Source of the DNA: Halocafeteria seosinensis
Taxonomy: Eukaryota
Direction of reading: 5' to 3'
NCBI GenBank assembly: GCA_001687465.1
Contig: LVLI01000129.1
Span: 1-32,785, forward strand
Length of the DNA: 32,785 bases
This document shows, piece after piece, positions 10,861 through 20,300 of the stretch; the first letter of the stretch is position 1, and the number at the start of each line of letters is the position of its first letter. A program made the position numbers and the translations under genes. The notes under the pieces were generated by a model. That model did no database searches. It had not been told where the DNA came from and saw nothing but the letters and a program-made list of their open reading frames with translations.

Positions 10861-11682
10861 ATGCCAAAACTATTACGCTCAGAAGATTACGATCCAAAAG
10901 AAACTATAGCCCTAGTAAAAAAGTTAGGGAATAAGTCAATACCAGATTCTGCTGTTAACTTACATGAAGAAAAGATAGATAAACCACCAGCTAGCAGTGC
11001 TGAAGCTGAAATAAACTTAAATGGAGATTACTTATTTTCATCTATCCCCCGAAATGTTGAGAAAGGGTTCGTATGTTACTGTGCGGGAAAACGTGGAGCT
11101 GGTAAAACAACTATGATGTGTAATTGGATTCATAATTATCGTGCTTTAACAGATAATCCAGTGTATTTAGTTAGTTCCAAAGAAAGCGACGAAACTATTG
11201 AAAAAGAAATAGGTGAAGAGGCTATTGAACGAATCCCCACTTCAGCTTTTGCTGAAAAATCTGAAGAAGAACAAGAAGAAGAAAGTGAAAAACCTGATAT
11301 TTCGCAATATGAAGACTGTCTTTTTTGCTTTGATGATTTTATGACCGATGAAAATCGGAGTGAAATATTGAGATTTATGAATAGTTTAGCTGAAAGAGGG
11401 AGAGACAGGAAAATATCTGTCTTTTGTATTTTCCACAATATAACTAATTCGCATACAACCAAATTAATTTTGACCGAAGCTGATTATTTCATTATTTTTC
11501 CCAAGACCCTAGGCAATCACAATTTTAGATACTTTGCTAAACATTATGGAAACATTGATGGAAAGCAACTTTTAAAACGCCTTAAACCTGAAAATTCTAT
11601 TTTAATATCTACAGTACCTAAATTCGTGGTAGCTTTACAAAGTTGCTTCTTACCAGATTATGTTTATGGGTTAGAAATTTGA
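10861..11682 (+). CDS. FtsK-HerA/A32-like genome packaging ATPase (virophage type)
   Basis: Walker A GKRGAGKTT, Walker B LFCFDD, arginine-finger region ERGRDRKISVFCIFH and EADYFIIFP. Confidence 0.9.
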   Translation: MPKLLRSEDYDPKETIALVKKLGNKSIPDSAVNLHEEKIDKPPASSAEAEINLNGDYLFSSIPRNVEKGFVCYCAGKRGAGKTTMMCNWIHNYRALTDNPVYLVSSKESDETIEKEIGEEAIERIPTSAFAEKSEEEQEEESEKPDISQYEDCLFCFDDFMTDENRSEILRFMNSLAERGRDRKISVFCIFHNITNSHTTKLILTEADYFIIFPKTLGNHNFRYFAKHYGNIDGKQLLKRLKPENSILISTVPKFVVALQSCFLPDYVYGLEI

Positions 11683-11688
11683 GTAAGT

Positions 11689-11801
11689 TCAATGACGCCT
11701 CGGTCATTTTAACTTCGGACTACAAGCTTAAAACCACGCTAACCACAGGCTATAATTTAGTTTAAGTTTGAAGTAATACAGATGGTTTTCAAAGCATCTG
11801 T
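11689..11801 (+). repeat. Viral intergenic palindromic repeat, long copy
   Basis: TCAATGACGCCTCGGTCATT...GACTACAAGC...AGTTTGAAGTAATACAGATGGTTTTCAAAGCATCTGT; inverted relative to 10628-10743. Confidence 0.9.
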
Positions 11802-11840
11802 GTTAGAAATTAAGAATAGTTTATAATTTTATAAACTATA

Positions 11841-12269
11841 ATGGATTCATTTGGAGTTAAGCCATATTTGGAAATTGATAAAGAATTACTAAAGTATGGA
11901 AAAAATCCTGAGAGGAGCAGGTATGTGTTAGACCTTTCCGAAAATTATTGTGGTAGTTTAGAATATTTAATAGGGGAACCACAAAANCTTCTAGAAAAAG
12001 CAGATCCTACCCTAATGAGTCAAAAAGGTTGTCTTCTTAATAATTCTGAATTTAAATTACCTTTCAAACAAGCAGAAATTAGTACTTTGAAAAACTATAG
12101 AAAATTTCCCAACTTTCAAGGGTATTATATTGTATCTATGTTTGCGAAATATAGGTATGCTCCAAATGGTGAAGTTAGGAAGAGTTGGAAAAGGTATATT
12201 TTTCCAGCACATAATTACAACAAGCATATAAACGGAAAGGTAGAACATTATTTTTTGGACGAGGGTTAG
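11841..12269 (+). CDS. Hypothetical viral protein (142 aa)
   Basis: ATG-initiated ORF in AT-rich DNA, tightly packed and convergent with the next ORF. Confidence 0.6.
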   Translation: MDSFGVKPYLEIDKELLKYGKNPERSRYVLDLSENYCGSLEYLIGEPQXLLEKADPTLMSQKGCLLNNSEFKLPFKQAEISTLKNYRKFPNFQGYYIVSMFAKYRYAPNGEVRKSWKRYIFPAHNYNKHINGKVEHYFLDEG

Positions 12270-12273
12270 AAAT

Positions 12274-12831
12274 TTAATCGGATTCACTATCACTATCACT
12301 ATCACTGATTACATCTTGGATATTTTCATAACCTACAGCAAATTTAGGTCGTCCAATAAGCATTTTAGCCACTAGTTCTATCAGATTTAAAACATGAGGT
12401 GTATCTTCATGATCCATGTAGTCAGGAATGAAATCATCAATATCATCATGTCTGTCTTCTTTTCCCTTTCTTTTACCCCAGTTAGAAGGAGTAAAAACAT
12501 AATAATGAGGATACCAGAATGGAAGTAAAGAAGGAGTTTCATGTTTATCTCTTCCCCAAATACCTGAACCTTTATCAGGACCATATTTTCTTACATGCTG
12601 AGTGTCTTCATACATTATAGCTTTTAAATGGTTGTAATCTTCTCTTTTCTTTGGGTTCCTTTCATTAATATCTAGGGGTGGAGAATAGGCTCGGATTTGG
12701 AAACCATAGTTTTCAACCAACATGTTTATTAATGCTTTAGGAGGATCAATAACACAAATATTATACTTGTTACTTTCCAAAGCTATTACACTTAAAAACA
12801 CTTCTGTTTTAATTGTTCTAAAACTCATCAT
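12274..12831 (-). CDS. Hypothetical viral protein (185 aa, acidic SD tail)
   Basis: Long ORF with TATATA immediately upstream of the ATG. Confidence 0.6.
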   Translation of the reverse strand: MMSFRTIKTEVFLSVIALESNKYNICVIDPPKALINMLVENYGFQIRAYSPPLDINERNPKKREDYNHLKAIMYEDTQHVRKYGPDKGSGIWGRDKHETPSLLPFWYPHYYVFTPSNWGKRKGKEDRHDDIDDFIPDYMDHEDTPHVLNLIELVAKMLIGRPKFAVGYENIQDVISDSDSDSESD

Positions 12832-12902
12832 TTTATATATTACATATTTTAAAGTTAGTTATAATTTTAAAACGCGTAATATATAATGGTTTTATATAGC
12901 CA

Positions 12903-12970
12903 CAATGACGCCTCGGTCATTGTAGCGTCAGACTACATGCTAAATAACGTCGCAAACCACAAGCGAAATA
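12903..12970 (+). repeat. Viral intergenic palindromic repeat
   Basis: CAATGACGCCTCGGTCATTGTAGCGTCAGACTACATGC...CCACAAGCGAAATA. Confidence 0.9.
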
Positions 12971-12987
12971 ATCTTGTAAAATAATAT

Positions 12988-13233
12988 ATGATGGATTTAT
13001 ATATTATAGTTTTACAACCGGAAGAATTGGGTTATGAGAAAATTGTAGAATTATATAATTGGTCTGGATTAACACAAATTTATTATGGATCTAGTTACCA
13101 ACCAGTAAGCGTTCAGGGTAGAACCCTCTTTCTATTCCTTAAGGAATTTCATCCTGATCCACAAATAAGGGAATTTTTAGGTAGTTTAACCCAGAAGTCC
13201 GAAAGTAGCAACGTTACCAACATCACGAGCTAA
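12988..13233 (+). CDS. Small hypothetical viral protein (81 aa)
   Basis: ATG preceded by TAATATAT; fills the gap between the repeat and a convergent gene. Confidence 0.45.
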   Translation: MMDLYIIVLQPEELGYEKIVELYNWSGLTQIYYGSSYQPVSVQGRTLFLFLKEFHPDPQIREFLGSLTQKSESSNVTNITS

Positions 13234-13602
13234 ACTACCAATATTTTTGGCATCACCTCCGCCTTTTTTAGGTTCATAAAGACCCTCTTTTTTAACAAGA
13301 TGGGACGCTTTAGGTAGTGAAACCCCGCGTTGTTTCATTATTTGAGCCACTAGTTCTCCTCTATTATGGAGTGATTTGTTTTTTCTAGTGCCCCGCTTCG
13401 CTTGAGATTTTCCTTTCTTACCTTTAGCACCTCCAGACTTACCTGCTCCAGCAAGACCTTCTAAAAATCCGGAAAAACCACCCCCAACGCGAGATACTTC
13501 TTCGATGAATTCTTCCCCTTTTCCTGCTTTATCCAGTTCATCATATAACTGACTAAGAAGTTTTTTCGCACTACTTTTAGTTAGTTTCTTTCCTTTCGCC
13601 AT
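13186..13602 (-). CDS. Basic Gly/Lys-rich putative virion core / DNA-condensing protein
   Basis: RGELVAQIMKQRGVSLPKASHLVKKEGLY resembles a motif I recall from virophage proteins; several Gly-Gly sites. Confidence 0.6.
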   Translation of the reverse strand: MAKGKKLTKSSAKKLLSQLYDELDKAGKGEEFIEEVSRVGGGFSGFLEGLAGAGKSGGAKGKKGKSQAKRGTRKNKSLHNRGELVAQIMKQRGVSLPKASHLVKKEGLYEPKKGGGDAKNIGSLARDVGNVATFGLLG

Positions 13603-13614
13603 ATTTCTTATATA

Positions 13615-14130
13615 TTATGTACTAACATATTTTTTACACTTATTTGTCTTTTGATGTCGCGTTTTATTTGTTTTACAAACTAGAGAACCACAATGCTCGC
13701 ATTCAATTTTTTCTGCTTTAAGTTGATTAAAGTAATCTTTAAACTTTTCTTTGTATTGTTTATTAGACTGTTGATAATGTTCTTTATTGTCTTTTCTCCA
13801 TTCTTTTATGCTTCTAGTAGGTATAACTTGGTTAGCTTTCGGTTGATAGTATTCTATCCATTCACGTTCTCTCCGTTCCAGTTCTAATTTAGTATTACAG
13901 GGGTAATATTCAATTAAGACCATTGTGAAGTTTTCCCAACCTCCATTTTCACGAATTAATTGATAGAAAAAGGAATGGTGGTGGTAAGAATCGTTTGGGT
14001 TTTTAGATGCGTCCTTGTGTTGTTGTTTCCTTTTTCTGAAATTGGTAGTAGAACCCACGTAATAAATTTCTGAGGAATCTAAAGGGACAATTTTATAGAT
14101 TAATCCGTTATTATAATCTGTTTTTGGCAT
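13615..14130 (-). CDS. GIY-YIG endonuclease with C-terminal Zn finger
   Basis: Likely start MPKTDY; GLIYKIV...YYVGSTTNFRKRKQQHK, ELERREREWI and CEHCG...RHQKT, the NCLDV/virophage-type architecture. Confidence 0.88.
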   Translation of the reverse strand: MPKTDYNNGLIYKIVPLDSSEIYYVGSTTNFRKRKQQHKDASKNPNDSYHHHSFFYQLIRENGGWENFTMVLIEYYPCNTKLELERREREWIEYYQPKANQVIPTRSIKEWRKDNKEHYQQSNKQYKEKFKDYFNQLKAEKIECEHCGSLVCKTNKTRHQKTNKCKKYVST

Positions 14131-14155
14131 TGTGATATAATGTGCTAATTTGTCT

Positions 14156-15038
14156 TTAAATAGAAAAATCAATATTTAGTTGTTGTAACTTTTGTTTGGT
14201 TTTTTGGTTTAATAAGTCTACGGTTTTTTGATGTAAATCAGATATTTCTTTGAAACTTGAATTATCTAGAATTTGGTTTAGTTCTTTAACGAGTTTTTTG
14301 TTTTTGGGGTATTGTCCGAAACTGATCCAATACCATTTTTTCACCCCCTCTAAAGCTGATCTAAAGTGAGAAGATCTTATACCGATCTTTTCTTGTTCTA
14401 ATAAAGTCTCTAATACACTCAGAGATTCCCTAATTTGATGTAAAGAACCTAAAGCCGTGTCGTTTAAAATTTCCAATATTTTAGAGTTTGATTTCCCTTC
14501 CTTTTGTTCTAACATATAAAATCTCTTTAATGCTTTATAATACTGTTTTTCTTCTATTTTTTTCGTTATAATCCTCTTTTAAAGTCCTTTTGATATCTTT
14601 AGTGGATTTACCTGTCCCATATTGGATAAGATTTGTGAATTCATGAAACTGTCCCGTACTAGGTAAAAATCCTATTAAGTCAACTTTGAACTTTGATCGT
14701 GTATCTTTGATAGCTGTTGTAAATTTGACTCCATCTTTTTTACCCCTTATAATATCTTCAGGACTCCATCTTATAGGTTCTCCATTCTTTTGACCTGCTT
14801 TGATATCTGTAACCCAGAGATTGGGTTTCTGTTTTATTTCGTTTATTTTTTCCTTTAGTTGTGTCCAGACTTTTGTAGCTGAAATATTTTTAGGTATTTT
14901 TTCATTCAAATCGTAGTCCATTGTATAAATTAAGTTAGGGTTTTGCTGAGAACCAACTAATTTAGCTCCCTTTGTGAAGCTTAGAAGATTCATATAACTT
15001 TTCTCCTTAGTGGTCAAAAATAATTTACGTTCTGACAT
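14156..15038 (-). pseudogene. Pol-beta-superfamily nucleotidyltransferase, split by a single frameshift near 14557-14563
   Basis: LVGS-x10-DYD plus downstream KVDLI acidic residue. Removing one A from the A7 run joins ORFs 14535-15098 and 14156-14515 as ...EKIEEKQYYKALKRFYMLEQ. Confidence 0.7.
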
Positions 15039-15094
15039 TCTATAATTGATTTTAAGAAAAAACCAAAAGTGGAAACACAATAAAAACTCTATGA

Positions 15095-15535
15095 TCATAC
15101 TGTGTATTCAAATACTTGATTAGTTGGTTTATTTGCTTTAAATTCTTGAACTTCTTCATAACTTTGCTTTCCACCTCCAATTCGGACAAGAATATCAATT
15201 AAATTTAAAAAATATTTGGATTCATCCCCGTGTTTTTTCCCAATTTCAACTCTTTTAACATTTTCAAACCTAGTTTTAACTTGGGAAGAACAGATTTGTA
15301 TTCTTTCGCAATTACTAAGTTGCTCAAAAACTCGTTGAGGAACGTGTCCACCCCCACTAACAATTACTAAATCAGCATTTGGATAATGGTTAGTAATTGT
15401 ATTATAAACTTCATCAATTTTCTTATTAATTTCATCATCATTAAGTATCCCGTAACGAGATGTTCCAACAAATCCAACAAATAAACTGGTAGATGGTTTA
15501 TAAATAATTGGAGCTTTTCTATCAATTATTTCCAT
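15095..15535 (-). CDS. SLOG-superfamily (Smf/DprA-LOG) nucleotide-binding protein
   Basis: VGFVGTS, IVSGGG and DILVRIGGGKQSYEEV match the three SLOG glycine-rich motifs. Confidence 0.68.
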   Translation of the reverse strand: MEIIDRKAPIIYKPSTSLFVGFVGTSRYGILNDDEINKKIDEVYNTITNHYPNADLVIVSGGGHVPQRVFEQLSNCERIQICSSQVKTRFENVKRVEIGKKHGDESKYFLNLIDILVRIGGGKQSYEEVQEFKANKPTNQVFEYTV

Positions 15536-15579
15536 TTTCTTTATAACTTTTTATAAAGAAAATATTTCAAGATTTAAAC

Positions 15580-16233
15580 TTACCTAACTATCTTTTTTAC
15601 TGTTCGACTATAAAGTGGATACACAGTCATTTTGTGATTAATGTTACCTAAATCACACCAGCTTTTATAAGCATCTTTGCTTTTTACAGGTTCAATTTGA
15701 TAATAATACTTTTTCTCCCAAGTGAAAGATCTGTAAATCATTAAAGGAATAGGTAATTTAAATTCGTTTGGTGGCTTGTTCTCTTTCTTCATCCAAGCTC
15801 CAAAAACAGGTCTAGAAGCTACATATTCTATCTTTTCTACTTTGGTGCTGGACTCTAATTTAGGATGAATAATATAATTTAGAGTTTGCTGAAGTTTTAA
15901 ACAATCCTCTTGTCTTAAAGCTAACCAAGGAAAAATTATCCAAATTTCTTTATCTTTCCGTCCTACATATATTAACTGTTTCTCACCCATTAGGTCTAGT
16001 CTTACTTCCACAAGATGATAAATCTTTCTTAACCAATCGCTGATTTCTCTTTTCTTAGGTAGTTTTTTCACTTTTAGTGAAAACCAAAGTGGTAAAACCT
16101 TTTCTTTATCTTCCGTGTCAACATATTCATAGAGTGGATAACAACAACACCCTTCTAAACTCGTGTTAATTTCCGATCTTTTTAAAATCAGTTTTCGCTC
16201 TCTTTCATCATAATGACTATAATTCTTTTCCAT
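15580..16233 (-). CDS. Hypothetical viral protein, possibly an inactivated archaeo-eukaryotic primase-like domain
   Basis: The ORF is clear. LYEYV..PLWFSLK, EIWIIFP and RPVFG spacing recalls AEP motifs but lacks DxD and His. Confidence 0.5.
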   Translation of the reverse strand: MEKNYSHYDERERKLILKRSEINTSLEGCCCYPLYEYVDTEDKEKVLPLWFSLKVKKLPKKREISDWLRKIYHLVEVRLDLMGEKQLIYVGRKDKEIWIIFPWLALRQEDCLKLQQTLNYIIHPKLESSTKVEKIEYVASRPVFGAWMKKENKPPNEFKLPIPLMIYRSFTWEKKYYYQIEPVKSKDAYKSWCDLGNINHKMTVYPLYSRTVKKIVR

Positions 16234-16250
16234 CCTTATATTATAAGAAT

Positions 16251-17168
16251 ATGAATAAAGCTTTGAATATTATCGCACAATTAACACAAGGCGTAGATGA
16301 TGCCACTTCACTGAGAAAAAAGCCTAAAAAAGAAGGTAAAAAGCAGAAAAAGGAGGAAGGTAAGAATAATGATAGATTTATAGGTCGGGAAAGTAAACCT
16401 GATTTTGATAGTAAAAGCTGTAAAACTCCCAGTGATGAAGTTTATTTTCAAATTGCTAAGGCTTCCTATCAACTCCCTAAAGAGAGACCTAAACTAATAA
16501 ACCGTACCTATGAATATCAAAAAGACCTTTCCACCAAAACTGTTTGTCTCTATATTGATAAGTTAAATAATTCGGCTGTGCTAGGATTCAGAGGAACCAA
16601 CGTAAGTGACCCAATGGATTTAGTAGCCGATACTAAAATCGCTTTCAATAAATTAAATGAAACTCCACGCTTTCAAGATGATGCTCAAACAGTTACCAAA
16701 ATTTTGGAAAGGTTCAAAGATAAGGATTTTTGCTTTTTCTCCGTGGGTCATTCACTTGGAAACGCTGTTCAGCTACAAATAGATCGTGAATTTGGTCGCT
16801 TTATTAAAAGTGGTAGAGGATACAACGGTGCTCTTCAGCCTAAGGATGTGGTAGAGTCACCGAAAAAGTTTAATTATTGGTATATCAAGGGTGATCCCTT
16901 GTATATGTATAGTGGGAGACTCTTAAGAAGAAACTTATCTGTTTTTCCCCGAGTGTCTAAGAAGTCAGTTCAAAATCATTCTTTAGAGAATTTTCAAGGA
17001 TTGACTAAAAACGATACTTTAAAGAAAGGAGGAGCTAAAACATCCAAGAAACCTCCTACTAAGAAAGATCTAGCACAAATTGGATTTGGTTGTAAGTCAC
17101 ACAGAATGGTTAATGGATTACCTAAACCTGTTCACGATTTTCACAAGACACTGGAGGCAATGAATTAA
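16251..17168 (+). CDS. Class-3-like lipase (alpha/beta hydrolase)
   Basis: LGFRGT, DLVAD, nucleophile elbow VGHSLG, GDP and C-terminal NHSL; lipases are known from Mavirus and PLVs. Confidence 0.88.
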   Translation: MNKALNIIAQLTQGVDDATSLRKKPKKEGKKQKKEEGKNNDRFIGRESKPDFDSKSCKTPSDEVYFQIAKASYQLPKERPKLINRTYEYQKDLSTKTVCLYIDKLNNSAVLGFRGTNVSDPMDLVADTKIAFNKLNETPRFQDDAQTVTKILERFKDKDFCFFSVGHSLGNAVQLQIDREFGRFIKSGRGYNGALQPKDVVESPKKFNYWYIKGDPLYMYSGRLLRRNLSVFPRVSKKSVQNHSLENFQGLTKNDTLKKGGAKTSKKPPTKKDLAQIGFGCKSHRMVNGLPKPVHDFHKTLEAMN

Positions 17169-17170
17169 TA

Positions 17171-17290
17171 GCTCAATGACGCCTCGGTCATTGTAGCGTC
17201 GGACTACAAGCGAAAACAACTAGTAAAGCTACATGCGAAATAAAAGTTTTCTTTTTGACACTTCTTTTTCTTTTCCAAAAGAAAAAGAGT
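17171..17290 (+). repeat. Viral intergenic palindromic repeat plus AT hairpin
   Basis: GCTCAATGACGCCTCGGTCATTGTAGCGTCGGACTACAAGCGAAA, followed by the stem CTTTTTCTTTT-CC-AAAAGAAAAAG. Confidence 0.88.
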
Positions 17291-17319
17291 AAAATGTCTA
17301 GACTTAATATATATAAAGA

Positions 17320-20300
17320 ATGAGTGTATCTCAGATTATTAACCAAAGTAATAATAAGATCTATAAACACCTAATACCTACCAAACATTCCTCACATGTT
17401 TCTAATATTACGGTGTCTGCTAGCAATGCTCCTACTGGTATAAAAAATTCGGCGGATTTTGTCTGTGATGGAACTGCTGATCAGGATGAAATCAATCAAG
17501 CAATTCAAAGTGCTAATGACGGTGATCGTATTCTGTTATCCCAAGGCGAATTTGTTATTGACGACCAAATTCAAATAAATACGTCAGTTAGTTTTCTGGG
17601 TGTTAATCGCGAGGATACCACTATTAAAGTAGATGATAACGCAACAAGTGATAATCATTGGTTAGCTGTCACAGCCAATGGTTTACTCATTCAGGATATG
17701 ACCTTAGACGGTAATAATGGAAACCGAGGAGTTGATAATATTAATGACATTCTTCTCCGTTTTCAAGGTGTTAACTTTTCTACTATTCAAAGATTGAGGC
17801 TCCTTTCAACCTCATCTTATGAAATTTATGTTGAGAATTGTCGTCATTTACTACTAACCCAATTATATGTTGACAATACTGATTCTCAAAAAGGTTCCGC
17901 GGTTTATTTTAAAAGCTTGAATGCTACCTCTAATGTCTCTTTAACTCATTGCTATTTTGACATGTTAAATCGGACATGTATTGAAACCGATAGTGTAAAC
18001 TCTCTAAGCATAGATAATTGCGAGGTACACAATGGTAATCGTCCTGTATCGTGTTCACCTTCTGATTCTAATGTTAGGATTAGTAACTGTCTCTTTGATG
18101 GATGTACCAACATTCATTATTCAGGCAATAGAGGTGTGTTTTCCAATAATCAATTTATCGGAACTAATGGGGCAATAACAATTTTCAACAATGAGGGAAC
18201 TGGTAACGAAAATTACATTAATGGTTTATATTCTGAAAATGATCAGAGCGTAGTAGGAGTTATCCATATTGATGGAGGGTCTCATAATTCTGTATCTGAT
18301 ATAGAAATTATTAATCCAAATCACACAGCTATTGTGGTTGACAAAGATAATGGTAGCGGTTTCCCTTCTGTTGTTGATGTAAATTCTGTTAAGGTTGATG
18401 AGACTGATAATTCAGCCTTAGGCATTAAAAATTTAACTACAGGTTCTTTTTCCGATATTATCCTCACTAGTGCTAGTAGTGCTACGGCTGTTTCTACTCA
18501 AAACAGTTCAAGATTAAGATTTGATGGATTCCAATTGGAAGATATTAACAAAGGTTTTAATGTGGATAGCACGACCAATAGTTGGTTCGGTGATATTGAC
18601 ATCACCAATTGTACTCAAGGTGGATTTGATATTCAGAACAGTTCCACTGGTAATCAGTTTGCTAATATTAAAATTGATGGAGCTCTCAGAGGTTTTTTCC
18701 TAACAAATACCGCCAATGATAATACATTTAGTCAAATTTCAATGTATAGTTGTACACAAAACTGTATCCAAAATAGCGGAACTGAAAATAATTTTTCGGG
18801 TCTATTTTGTTATAATACTGGTAGTGGAACTCCAACTGATAACAGGGGTGTTATAGAAGATCAAGCGAATGGATCCAATACTTGGCGAAATATTAGTATT
18901 TTACAAATCAGTTCCTCCTATGATTTTAAACCTCAGGGAGCTAATGGCTTTTTCCTAGGTTCAAATAACTCAACTCTTGAAAATATTTACATTGATGCCG
19001 ATGTTACTGAAAGTTTTGACCGTTCAGAGACACAAGGAGTACAAGCACCTCTTTTATCTGGTATTTACATAACCGCCAATCAAGATTGTAACATATTTGG
19101 AGCTAAAATTTATAGATGTCTAGAATTCGGAGTTCAGGTAGGACTTGCTACCAAAAACTTAAATTTAGAATCATCTGTTTTTCAGGCAAACACTAACAAC
19201 GCTAATGAAGCTGTTGGCTTATATTTGAATGGTAATGGAACGCCTATTGAAAATATGATTATTAAAAGTTGTGTATCCCAGAGCAATGACAAACAATTCA
19301 AAGTTGATGGTAATAATGCTGATTATGATGTTAGCGGAAGTACTGGGATTCAACAACCATCAGAATCTGTATTGTCTAGTCTTCGTCACGGTGCTAGAGC
19401 TCACTATAATTTCAGTGGTTCAAATCCTCACAATGATAAAATTGGAACTTATGATGCTACCTTAGGTAGTCAAAGTTTAGTTAGCGGTAAAATCGGTCAA
19501 GGTATTCAAAATGCTTCAGGTTCTGACTATGTCTTAAATGGAGGTGGTTCACGTATAAGTGGGGGTCTAATTAGTGATCCTTTCACAATTAGTTTCTGGT
19601 ATCAAACCCCTGATGTTAGTTCTTCAGCTATTGTTTATGTTACTGGTTTAACAGGTGATGCTTTTCGTCTTTCCCAAAATAATGATAAACTTTCCCTCGC
19701 ATCTAGCAATGGTTCAGATGATACAGCCTCGTTTTTGGAAACAGGTGTCTTTTATTTACTTACTGTTACTTACAACGGATCTGATGCTCGTCTTTATGTA
19801 AATGGTGAGTTTAAGATTAGTCACAGTTTTTCAAGTTATGAATCTGCCGGTGGAGCATTCTTAAATAGCATACTTAATTGGATTGTTGACGAAGTTTTAA
19901 CATTTGAAAGAGCCATTTCAAACGGTGAAATTAATATGATATATAATGGTGGCTCTGGAACTCAAGCCCATATTCAACACGATTGGCATACTAGACCCGC
20001 TCAAAGTAATGTTCATATGAAAGGTAACCGAATCACTAATCTTGCTGACCCTACTAGTACCCAAGATGCTGTTTCAAGAAATTACTTAGAAGCTGGTATT
20101 ATGGTTAATGATATTGATATGAATTCAAATCATATTCATAATCTTACTGACCCTAATAGTGCTTCAGATGCTGTTTCCAGAAATTATTTAGAAGCTGGTA
20201 ATATGGCTAATGCTCTGGATATGAATTCTAAACAAATTAATAACTTAAGTGATCCCACTAATGCTCAAGACGCTGTTTCCAGAAATTATTTAGAAGCCGG

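Noticed and set aside
10598..17245. Palindromic repeats as a CRISPR array
   Set aside because: Copies are kilobases apart, in both orientations and separated by whole genes; no regular spacers and no cas genes.
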